Source of the DNA: Octopus sinensis
Lineage: Eukaryota
DNA: 27,463 bases
Assembly: GCF_006345805.1 (NCBI RefSeq)
Contig: NW_021833325.1
Location: 1 to 27,463 of the forward strand
Reading direction: 5' to 3'
The notes under the pieces are model-generated. The model searched no databases. It was not told where the DNA came from and saw only the letters and a program-made list of their open reading frames with translations. Made by a program: the position numbers and the translations under genes. Within the stretch, counting starts at the first letter, position 1, and every line of letters begins with the position of its first letter. Of this stretch, positions 10,801 to 20,989 are shown in pieces.

Positions 10801-11198
10801 TTACACACCCACAACTAGCCACCAACTACATAGACACATACACGCACACGCACGCACACACACATACACACACACAGAAACTCGGTAGTCTGTACGTTAT
10901 TACTGCTACTGCTGCAAAATATAAACAACAACCGTGTTATTTTATGAATGAACTGTCATGTTTTTAAAGAACAGAACCATGGCTACGTTTATAAATAGTG
11001 CATTGTAATGATATTATATGACATGTGAAAAACATTATCAAGTAACTTCATAGACATAGCAATGTTTATAAATAGTGCAGTGCAGCGATGATAAATGTGA
11101 AAAAAATTGAAATAACCCGAGGATATGAATATAAGTATGCTTCATGCCAAGCTCCAGTAACGTTTTGTTCTCATTTACTGTGTTAAAAACAGAATATA

Positions 11199-11549
11199 CG
11201 ACGTGGTGTCAAAAAGTTCCCGGACTAGTTATGTTTAATAACCTAAGTTTTAAAATCATCTCCTTCGAAATAATCACCTTGCGCAGCAATACACCAGCCC
11301 CAGCATTCCTCCCTCGTTTGGAATCTGGCCTGGAAGTCGAGGGCCCTTTACGAATCACTCTAGATCTCGACAACGGCGTTAAAACGGTGACCTTTCTCTT
11401 TTTTTTCCATCTTGAGGAAGTGATGGAAATCCGCAGGTGCTAAATCTCATTAATAGGGCGCGTGCGGTAGCGATACCATGTTACTTTTGGCGGGAAACAC
11501 ACGAGTGAGGAGAACTTGGTAACAGGGTGCACTGTCGTCATGAAGAATC
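11199..11549 (-). pseudogene. Mariner transposase 3' remnant with right TIR
   Basis: One frame with stops: ILHDDSAPCY...LPHAPY**DLAPADFHHFLKM...KGHRF...CWGWCIAAQGDYFEGDDFKT* (stop at 11243-11245); TA then TIR CGACGTGGTGTCAAAAAGTTCCGG from 11199. Confidence 0.85.
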
Positions 11550-11593
11550 GAATTATTATTTACTTTTCAAAAATTCCATTCCTAAATGGTCGA

Positions 11594-11629
11594 AACAAAC
11601 CCGAGCAACGCCGGGTGATACTGCTAGTA
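11594..11629 (-). mobile_element. 5' terminus only of the Helitron-like element
   Basis: Reverse complement TACTAGCAGTATCACCCGGCGTTGCTCGGGTTTGT matches the start of 5271. Confidence 0.75.
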
Positions 11630-11686
11630 TATGTATGTATATGTATATTTACATATATATATATATATGATATATATATATATATC

Positions 11687-11753
<67 letters not shown>

Positions 11754-11830
11754 TACATAATCACATACATACGTTTACATATGTAAATACAACACACGCA
11801 CGTGTGTGTGTGTGTGTATGTCGCGCGCAT
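11630..11830. repeat. (TA)n/(CA)/(TG) microsatellite
   Basis: Direct inspection. Confidence 0.9.
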
Positions 11831-11847
11831 GTGAGCGTTGGGCTGTG

Positions 11848-12587
11848 ATGGACTCTCCTGTCGATTTCAACGTATGAATATCCAGTTGCTCGATCAAACG
11901 GACGATTTCGTTATCAAATTAAGGTGCGAAGTAGCTGAATATTCCACAGATACATTTGCCCTGAACGTAAATAATCTCAAGTAGAATCTGCGGGAAATAG
12001 TATGACAAGGCTGAACTTTGGGATTACGAGTACACCCAATGCGTGGAGGTGCAATGGCCCAGTGGTTAGGGCAGCGGACTCGCGGTCATAGGATCGCGGT
12101 TTCGATTCCCAGACCGGGCGTTGTGAGTGTTTATTGAGCGAAAACACCAAAAAGTTCCACGAGGCTCCGGCAGGGGATGGTGGTGATCCCTGCTGTACTC
12201 TTTCACCACAACTTTCTCTCACTCTTACTTCCTGTTTCTGTTGTACCTGTATTTCAAAGGGCCGGCCTTGTCACTCTCTGTGTCACGCTGAATTTCCCCG
12301 AGAACTACGTTAAGGGCACACGTGTCTGTGGAGTGCTCAGCCACTTACACGTTAATTTCACGAGCAGGCTGTTCCGTTGATTCGGATCAACCGGAACCCT
12401 CGTCGTCGTAACCGACGGAGTGCTTCCGTTCCATTCCACACCCAATGCAATGGACATCAGCACATTTCCTGTCAACTCAATTTCACTTACAAGAAATTAC
12501 ATTAAAGACACTTGCTCAAGAATCCACACGATGAGACTGAAACCGGGATCTCACTGGTGCAAAGCGAACTTCTTAACTACTCTGCTA
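11848..12587 (-). mobile_element. Old chimeric SINE (family C-like head, family A-like tail), split by a younger family A copy
   Basis: 12449-12587 reverse: GTAGTTAAGAAGTTCGC..CCGGTTTCAGTC..CTTGAGCAAGTGTCTT; 11848-12031 reverse aligns loosely with the family A 3' half (CAGCCTTGTCA, TACGTTCAGGGCA, TCTGTGGA). Confidence 0.55.
12043..12437 (+). mobile_element. Family A tRNA-derived SINE (tRNA-Arg-like head), full length, 11-bp TSD
   Basis: TGGCCCAGTGGTTAG A box and GGTTTCGATTCC B box; 3' stem-loop at 12371-12397; TSD ACACCCAATGC at 12032-12042 and 12438-12448. Size and head resemble the octopus OR-type SINEs, but the family was not confirmed. Confidence 0.9.
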
Positions 12588-12842
12588 AACTTTCTTATAA
12601 ATTATAAATTTTCTTATAAATTACAGAATTATACCATGACTTATATGTATGAACTCAAAACAATAATGTATTTCTAGCCACGTTCTGACTTAAAACTTGA
12701 CGGTTTTAACTATACGGTAATCGTCAGAACAAGATACTTCAGATACTCCAACGAGACTTCAATCGAAACACCTGAGGCATCGTTGTTTCAACCAAATGGT
12801 GCTTCATTCGCTGTTTGTACACTTAGAACCACGTCTTATGGT

Positions 12843-13212
12843 ATACTCTTTTACTCTTTTACTTGTTTCAGTCATTTGACTGCGGCCATGCTGGAGCACC
12901 GCCTTTTAGTCGAGCAAATCGACCCTGGACTTATTCTTTGTAAGCCCAGTACTTATTCTATCCGTCTATTTTGCCGAACCACTAAGTGACGGGGACGTAA
13001 ACTCACCAGCATCGGTTGTCAAGCAATGCTACAGGGACAAACACAGACACACAAACATATACATACACATACGTACATATACATACATATATGACAGGCT
13101 TCTTTCAGTTTCCGTCTACCAAATCCACTCACAAGGCATTGCTCGGCCCGAGGCTATAGCAGAAGACACTTGCCCAAGATGCCACGCAGTGGGACTGAAC
13201 CCAGAACCATGT
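12843..13212 (-). mobile_element. Family C SINE, head-truncated
   Basis: Matches the reverse complement of 8553-8996. Confidence 0.9.
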
Positions 13213-13274
13213 TATATATATATGTTATATATCTTTCATTGATCGCCAATTGATATATTTTTAATGATAGATAT

Positions 13275-13670
13275 TATACTCTTTACTCTTTTACTTGTTT
13301 CAGTCATTTGACTGCGGCCATGCTGGAGCACCGCCTTTTAATCGAGCAAATCGACCCCGGGACTTATTCTTTTGTAAGCCCAGTACTTATTCCATCGGTT
13401 TCTTTTGCCAAACCGCTAAGTTACGGGGACATAAACACACCAGCATCGGTTGTCAAGCAATGCTAGGGGGACAAACACAGACACACAAACACACGCACGC
13501 ATCTATATATGTACATATATACGACGGGCTTCTTTCAGTTTCCGTCTACCAAATCCACACACAAGGCATTGGTCGGCCCGAGGCCATAGCAGAAGACACT
13601 TGGCCAAGATGTCACGCAGTGGGACTGAACCCGGAACCATGTGGTTGGTAAACAAGGTACTTACCACACG
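13275..13670 (-). mobile_element. Family C SINE, near full length; tandem partner of 12843-13212
   Basis: Matches the reverse complement of 8553-8996. Confidence 0.9.
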
Positions 13671-14075
13671 GTATTTTATAAAACATTGTGTGATGGCGAC
13701 TTGGAAGAGTAATTTGAGTGCCGGATAGAATGTTTTGCAGTTTCAGATCCGACTTTCTCGTCGTGGTCAGTCTTGCTTTTCATCCTCTCGGACTCAGTAC
13801 AACCTGTCTAGTAACACTGAATGTGGTTATTATTGTCTTCTTCTTTTACCTTTTTTCTCATTTCCTCTCTCTCTCTCTCTCTCGTCTCTAGAAAGAACAG
13901 AGAGAGAAAAATTCTGACAACTCTAGAATTCGACTCTGTCGGTCACGAATGACCATAGGTGCGCCTAAGACCCATGAAAATCAGCCTCCCCTCTCCATGG
14001 ATATTATCCAAGGAGAAAAGCAAAGACCGATACAACTTGACACCAGGGACGTCGCATTTCATTTCTACATGATTT

Positions 14076-14077
<2 letters not shown>

Positions 14078-14119
<42 letters not shown>

Positions 14120-14589
14120 CATGTATATATATATATATACATACATATATATATATATAATATATATATACATATATACATATATATCCATATATATATA
14201 TATACATATATATACATATATATACATATATATATATATACATATATATACATATATATATATATATACTATATATACATATATATATATACATATATAT
14301 ACATATATATATATACACATATATATACATATATATATATACATATAAACACATATATATACATATATATATACTATATATACATATATATATACATATA
14401 TATACATATATATATACACATATATATACATATATTATATACATATATATACACATATATATACATATATATATACATATATATACATATATATATATAT
14501 ACATATATATTTCATATATATATATACATATATACATATATATATATATATACATATATATACATATATATATATAAACATATATATAT

Positions 14590-14676
<87 letters not shown>

Positions 14677-14690
14677 CACATATATATATA
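14078..14690. repeat. ~610-bp cryptic (TA)n/(TACA) array
   Basis: Direct inspection; source of the 289-aa and 257-aa pseudo-ORFs. Confidence 0.95.
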
Positions 14691-15076
14691 TACTAGCAGT
14701 ATCGCCCGGCGTTGCTCAGGTTTGTAAGGGAAATAACTATAAAGCATTTTTAGAGAGTTATAGCCAAAAAATAGCAAAAAGATGGAAAAAAACGATGGTA
14801 AATTTTTTTTTTAGTTAAAAAAGGTGGAGTTGCGTCCCTTAGACAGTTTGCGGTTTGTGTTTCTGATTCCTTACCCCATGTCGAATTTATCGATTTTTTT
14901 CAGAACTGGGGGAACTTTTCAAAATTTTCGCTGCGTCAGTTTTGAATTATGACATTGGGCTATGTGTGTGTCAAGTTTCATCAGAATCAGTTGAAAGCCG
15001 TCGTCAGGGTGAGGGTACAAGCAAACAGACACACAGAAACACACACAGACAAACTGCCGTTTATATAGAGAGAGAT
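14691..15076 (+). mobile_element. Helitron/Helentron-like element, second variant
   Basis: Same 5' ~70 bp as 5271 but a different interior; 3' GTGTGTCAAGTTTCATCAGAATCAGTTG...ACAGACACACAG...TTTATATAGAGAGAGAT resembles Lep1/DINE-1-type ends. Confidence 0.6.
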
Positions 15077-15082
15077 ATATGT

Positions 15083-15119
<37 letters not shown>

Positions 15120-15182
15120 GAGATATATACAGTATATAAATTTTATTCATTCTTAAATTTTATTCAGAATTTCACATTATCA

Positions 15183-15215
<33 letters not shown>

Positions 15216-15321
15216 GATATATACATTCCTAACGGCACATGCACAGACCCAAGCGCACACACACACGTGTACGCACGCGCACACACACGTAGACACGTAT
15301 GCAGATATATAATATAAACAT

Positions 15322-15391
<70 letters not shown>

Positions 15392-15475
15392 TAGTGTAAA
15401 TTAAGATAAACCACACACATACACACATATATTTATGCATAGATATATTATGTAAGTATGCATGCTTGTATGTAT

Positions 15476-15564
<89 letters not shown>

Positions 15565-15593
15565 TATATATATATACATGTCAGTGTACGTTC

Positions 15594-15625
<32 letters not shown>

Positions 15626-15700
15626 TTATGTATGTATGCGTATGTATGTGTATATATACACATACATGTATATGTATACATATATATATATGCATATACA
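15077..15700. repeat. (TA)n, (GATA)n and (TATG) microsatellite cluster
   Basis: Direct inspection. Confidence 0.9.
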
Positions 15701-15704
15701 ACTA

Positions 15705-15952
15705 GCGACAGCTGATGAAGGTGGATTTTTCCTTGTGTAGCTTGTCCTGTACTTGTTTTTTGTTGTAAAAAATTTTTGGATTTTTCCTTGTGTAGCCTGT
15801 CCTGTACTTGTCGTTAAATTTTTGTTTTTCCCGTTTCTATGTCTTTTTGTGGCGTCCTGTACTTACGTATATTTATTTATATATGCATGTATATATACAT
15901 GTAGATGTAGGTACGTACATATATGTTTGTATGCATGCATATATTTTTAATT

Positions 15953-15960
<8 letters not shown>
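15705..15960 (+). mobile_element. Interspersed repeat family P (possibly Penelope pLTR-derived), with internal tandem duplication
   Basis: CTGATGAAGG start; GGATTTTTCCTTGTGTAGC.TGTCCTGTACTTGT occurs twice; shares GTCCTGTAC and ATGCATGTATATATACATGTAGA.GTAGGTACGTAC with other P copies. Confidence 0.55.
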
Positions 15961-15993
<33 letters not shown>

Positions 15994-16214
15994 GATTATA
16001 GCATCTTCATAACACATCAACTTATGCAAATTTCACGTTTCAGTGATTATACTGGATAATATCAAGTGTGCGTAAATGTGTGTGTGTGTGTATGTGTGAG
16101 TAGATGTGTGTGTGTGCGCGTACACACACACAATATCGAAACAAACTTACTACAACAACTCTCCCCATACATAGCCACGCACCCGCTCACTAGTAAACAA
16201 AGAATTGGTGTTAC

Positions 16215-16275
16215 AATGTGGTTAAGCACTTTGATTAGCAGCGACGTGTTTCCGGGTTCGATCCCACGCCGTACA
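16215..16275 (+). mobile_element. Isolated degenerate tRNA-like SINE head
   Basis: GTGGTTAAGCAC ... CCGGGTTCGATCCC (A/B-box-like). Confidence 0.4.
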
Positions 16276-16324
16276 CAATGATGTCTGATTAATTAGTAGG
16301 AATTATACGAAACGGGATGTGTCT

Positions 16325-16680
16325 TCTACTTTCAGTCATAAGACTACGGCCATGCTGGGAACCAACTGATTTTTTTAAAGTTTGGTACTTATGCTATCGG
16401 GTTCCTATGACGAACTGCTTCAGTTACAGGAACGTAAACAAACCAGCACCACCTGTCAAGCAGAGGGTGCAGACACAAATCCAAAGAAAGACACACATAT
16501 ATACATATATACATACATACATGCATACATACACGCATGCACACAAATACTCACACATATATATATGACGGGCTTCTTTCAGTTTCCAAATTCACTCACA
16601 AGAGCTAGAGCAGAAGGCTCTTACCCAAGGTCCCTCTTAATGGGACCGAACCCGTAACTATGTGGTTGTAACGCAAACTT
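16325..16680 (-). mobile_element. Family C SINE, strongly diverged
   Basis: CAGTCAT..GACTACGGCCATGCTGG ... GACGGGCTTCTTTCAGTTTCC ... GGGACCGAACCC. Confidence 0.7.
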
Positions 16681-16716
16681 ATCACTCAACAATATTATTT
16701 TTCGATGTTATTATTA

Positions 16717-16730
16717 TCATTATTATTATC

Positions 16731-16775
<45 letters not shown>

Positions 16776-16787
16776 GTCATTATCATT

Positions 16788-16829
<42 letters not shown>

Positions 16830-17318
16830 GAGTGAGAGAGCAGTGCATGCCATCAAAGTGACACTGGGGTAAAATATACGAAGCCCAATATACCCATCAT
16901 GACTACCCGTCTGATAAAGGTACACCAGGCACATGCATCACACCATATGTGCGCGACATGGTGATCTCATATCAAGATAACAGCACATGACCTTGCAGGT
17001 GGGGCCCAGTTAGAATTTCTTCAGGTTGAGTAGCCCATCCCGCTCAAAAGGTCCCTGAATAAGGGTTGTTTAAGATGTTGAAAGAACCACCCATGTTTCC
17101 AAAGGTGAATTATTCAAACCCCAAAGAATCCCTCTCAACACATGGCTATGATGCTCCCCCACTACTTCTGCTCGTGACCAGAGATGCACATATCGTCAGC
17201 CACTAAGGGACATGCTCAACTGGTTAAGGTCAAACAACTGACAAGCAAATCTGTGGTATTGAGCAGAATATTTGCTGTAGCCCATCTTTTATACCAAGAC
17301 AAAACAATGTACATGATA
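16717..17318 (-). mobile_element. Non-coding retroposed element (family F) with (AAT)n tail
   Basis: ~110-bp ATT array at 16720-16830 abuts a ~490-bp complex, higher-GC segment; TATTATTATC on both sides. Confidence 0.55.
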
Positions 17319-17337
17319 AGACAAAACATATTATTAT

Positions 17338-17388
17338 CTGCCGACTAGTCTATATGCCCGTGATTCCGAGTTCGATTCCAGGCAGTGA

Positions 17389-17463
<75 letters not shown>

Positions 17464-17612
17464 TAATATTAACATAAAAAAATACCTTAGGAACGAGAAC
17501 TCGGGTTCGAAATTTCCCCAAGACACCTCATGAAGGCTGGAGGGTATATCAGCTGAAACGTTGTGTTAACAAGAAAGACCAGGACAAATATCCGTCAAAA
17601 GTAAATAATGCA
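17338..17612 (+). mobile_element. tRNA-headed SINE-like element with internal (AAT)n and a hammerhead-like tail motif
   Basis: CTGCC/GGCAG closing stem; A-box-like 17346-17356; B box GTTCGATTC 17370-17378; (AAT)n ~17394-17460; HHR-like motif 17522-17567. Confidence 0.55.
17522..17567 (+). ncRNA. Minimal type-I hammerhead ribozyme-like motif, core mutated in this copy
   Basis: Stem I GACAC/GTGTT; core CTCATGA (consensus CUGANGA, G5>C); extra A; stem II GGCTG/CAGCT; GAAAC; GTT triplet; palindromic ACGT stem III. Confidence 0.55.
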
Positions 17613-17628
17613 TATACATATATATATA

Positions 17629-17924
17629 TATCACGTGATCACGTGACCGACCAGTCCATCAGATATAGTTACACATTGCTAGTCACAATGCGTTCGCATT
17701 GTTTTAGCCTTCGAATGACGCCACCCCGCTGGCTAAGCGAGCAGGCCAACAGAAGAAAGAGTGGTGAAAGAGTACAGCAGGGATCACCACCCCCTGCCGG
17801 AGCCTCGTAGAGCTTTTAGGTGTTTTCGCTCAATAAACACTCACAACGCCCGGTCTGGGAATCGAAACCGCGATCCTACGACCGCGAGTCCGCTGCCCTA
17901 ACCACTAGGCCATTGCGCCTTCAC
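17629..17924 (-). mobile_element. Family B SINE (same tRNA head as A, different tail), full length
   Basis: 17760-17924 matches the A head; 17629-17755 matches 22837-22951. Confidence 0.85.
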
Positions 17925-17951
17925 ACACACACACACACACACACACATATA

Positions 17952-17984
<33 letters not shown>

Positions 17985-18029
17985 TACACATATATATATA
18001 CACCACACCACACACACACACACACACAT

Positions 18030-18076
<47 letters not shown>

Positions 18077-18085
18077 AAGATATAC

Positions 18086-18117
<32 letters not shown>

Positions 18118-18510
18118 AGATATACATATATATATTATACACACACACACATAAACATATATATATACATATTTATATATATATATACATACATATATAT
18201 ATACAAACATATATATATATACATATATATATACATATATATATATATACATACATATATATATACACACATATATATATATATTTATATATATATATAT
18301 TTATATATATACACACATACATATGCATACACGTATATATGTATATATATACATACACACACACACATAGGTCTTTGCTGTCATGTCTCGCATGCATGCA
18401 TGCATATATGTATGTATGCATGTATGTATGTATGTATGTATGTATGCATGTATGTATGTATGTATGTATGTATGTATGTATGTATGTATGTATGTATGTA
18501 TGCATGTATC
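17925..18510. repeat. (CA)/(TA) and (TATG)n microsatellites
   Basis: Direct inspection. Confidence 0.95.
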
Positions 18511-18993
18511 TATGTTCGAGTCTATATACGTATAAAATTTAGCGTATGCCACTGGGGTAACGTGTTGGCTAATGCAGCTTGCTATAGTGGATAAACAAAT
18601 AGCGATCGATGAAATACTCCCAGACTAATAAAGTATATACTTCAGTTGATATGACTGGCTGAACTGTTAAAGGTTGTAGTCCCAAGATGTCCGTGCTTAT
18701 TCTAATGAAACTAATCAATGACTAAATAGGGAAATTAATATTATATGCCCAAATGGAACGCATGGACACGAATGTACATCGCCGTTGCGACATTTTCATT
18801 TTACAAATGTTGGCATCCTTACATAAGTTGCACCTCCGATAAACTGGTATTCCCGATTTTGTCTTCTCGTAACTTTCAGTAAAATGAATATCTTTTAATG
18901 AAATTTTCTAAGAATAAAAATAAATTGTTAAATTAATAGAAAACTAACAGCTATATAGTGACGCACGTTACGTACATATATACATACATACAT

Positions 18994-19401
18994 GCAGAAA
19001 GACAGACATATATTATATCTACATACACACACATATATATATACATATATTTATATACACATAAATATATATACATATATATATGCATATATATACATAT
19101 ATATATGCATATATATACATATATATATGCATATAATATATTAATAAATAAAACATATGCATATATATAAACATATATGTACGTACCTACCTCTACATGT
19201 ATATATACATGCATATATGAGTACAGGACACCAAAAAAAAAACGTCGAACACAATGAGAAACGAAAACATAGACACAACCCCAAGGAACTGGACATTTTT
19301 TAAACAATAAAAAAAAAATTTTCAGAGAGTACAGGACAATTAACACAAAGAAAAAAACCCTTCTTCAGTCGCCATGGTTTCATCTACTCTACGTTTCGAA
19401 G

Positions 19402-19404
<3 letters not shown>
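18994..19404 (-). mobile_element. Family P repeat
   Basis: Reverse complement closely matches 26884-27160 (GTAGAGTAGATGAAACCATGGCGACTGAAGAAGGG...). Confidence 0.8.
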
Positions 19405-19440
<36 letters not shown>

Positions 19441-19442
<2 letters not shown>

Positions 19443-20457
19443 TTTGATACTTTGATACTTTGATAGGTTTCGGCCATTATTGGCCCAGGCCATGTCTAAC
19501 TTAATAGCACCCACCTGGTGATGTCTTTCAAGTCAGAATTTGGGCACTATGGCCCACTCAAGTAGAGAGTTATTGTTTACAGAGACATATCCGGGTGTAG
19601 GGGTTTATCCGGGATTTCTTGAAGGAATCTGTCCAAAGACTTCTTGAACCCTATAGGGTCAGTTTCTGTTTTAATGTGTTTTGGTGTAATGTTAAAGAGA
19701 GCGGGGCCAATTGAGGTGAAATAATTGTGCCGTATTGTTGTTATGAGATGAGAGTGCGATTTTTTTTTGGGCGGATGGCACGGGGCCCAAGCCTTGGATG
19801 TACCTTAAAGGTGATGCCAACATCATTTGGGCAATGCTGATGGAATATTTTCCACATCATGCAGATGATGTAGCGCTCACGACGACGTTGGAGAGAATAG
19901 AGTTTTAGCTTTTCTGGTCGACCCCAATAGTCGAGGCCTGTCATGCCATCTATCTTTTTTGTGATTGCCCTTTGAGGTGCTTCAACTTTTATGATACCTT
20001 GTATTGTGTGGGGAGACCACAGTGGACAACAGTATTCAAAGTGGGGTCGGGCAAAGTGGAGAAGAGAAGGATAATGGTGTGGATATCTCTCGACTGGAAA
20101 GTTCTGAGAATCCAGGAACACATTCTGCGGGCCATGTCAACTTTGGTGTTTATATGAGTGGCCCAGCTTATGTTGTTGTCCACAATTACTCCCAAGTCTC
20201 TGATGTTGTTGGACGCCGCGAGAGTTTCACCTGAAGGAAGGGAGTATGGGAGTTTCAGGGCATCCTCTTTTCCAAAGTGGATTAACTCAAATTTATCCTT
20301 GTTCAGCAGCATATTGTTTTTTTCTGCCCATTGGATAACAGCCAGTAGATCATGTCCGGTCACTCGCCTCATTTATGACCTTCTGTAGCTTGGAGTCATC
20401 TGCAAGATTTTTATGTTGCTGTGCTTGATGATGTCATTAATGTCATTAATGTAAATG
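19441..20457 (-). mobile_element. 5'-truncated CR1-group LINE (RT end and C-terminus, frameshifted) with (ATCAAAGT)n tail
   Basis: [22 protein letters not shown] (F/YADD motif with a 1-bp deletion), IRDLGVIVD, RPHFEYCCPLWSPH, LYSLQRRRERY, EWAIVPKF* (stop 19533-19535); tail 19441-19464; TA runs on both sides. Confidence 0.9.
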
Positions 20458-20473
20458 TATATATATATATATA

Positions 20474-20507
<34 letters not shown>

Positions 20508-20600
20508 TATATATATATATATATGTATATATGTTTATGTGTACATAGATATATGTATATATATGTGTGTGTGTATGTAGATATAATATATGCCTCTCTG
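20458..20600 (+). repeat. TA-rich tract resembling the distal part of family P
   Basis: TGTGTGTATGTAGATATAATATATG is the reverse complement of sequence at ~19006-19030. Confidence 0.5.
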
Positions 20601-20792
20601 CCTGTCGCCATGATAGATCGCTAGCCACTACACATTCTTTATTTTTTCTCCTTGTTTCTTTCTGTGTTCCTTTCTGTGGAAGAGCGTAGGCTCGAAACGT
20701 TAAAGAGTTTTTCACTTCCCGAGCGTTATACTAATACAACTGTTTGTTGTCTACACCACTTTTGTTTTTTTTCTTTTGTGACTTCTCCCCTA
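20601..20792 (+). mobile_element. Repeat (family Q) carrying a hammerhead-like motif; Penelope-pLTR-like
   Basis: Pyrimidine-rich segment with HHR-like motif at 20670-20705. Confidence 0.45.
20670..20705 (+). ncRNA. Minimal type-I hammerhead ribozyme-like motif, core variant
   Basis: Stem I CTTT/AAAG; core CTGTGGA (A6>U); extra A; stem II GAGC-GTAG-GCTC; GAAAC; GTT. Confidence 0.5.
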
Positions 20793-20793
20793 T

Positions 20794-20857
<64 letters not shown>

Positions 20858-20989
20858 GTGTGTATATATATATACATATACATATATATATATTCACAAA
20901 TATACATACATATATATATATATTCACATATATATATACATAAATATAATATATGTACATAGATAAATCAAATAGAGAGATACTACTCA

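Noticed and set aside
12043-12120. tRNA genes at the SINE heads (also 3225, 4036, 8553, 16215, 17850, 24230, 26310)
   Set aside because: A/B boxes are present but there is no complete cloverleaf, and each continues into a repeat body; these are SINE heads.
12740-12780. CGAGACTTCAATCGAAAC flanked by CTTCAG/CTGAGG pairing
   Set aside because: The CUGANGA core is absent and the geometry does not fit a hammerhead.
13949-14818. Longest ORFs (289 aa plus strand, 257 aa minus strand) and the many YI/VC/HT-repeat ORFs across the window
   Set aside because: They are translations of TA/CA/TATG microsatellites, which lack stop codons in some frames; no protein signal.
16720-16830. Poly-Asn ORF (16695-16934, minus strand)
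   Set aside because: It is the (AAT)n tail of a retroposed element.
18840-18930. Possible DNA-transposon subterminal fragment (TAACTTTCAGTAAAATGAATATC...ATGAAATTTT)
   Set aside because: Single copy with no partner TIR or TSD in the window; cannot be supported.
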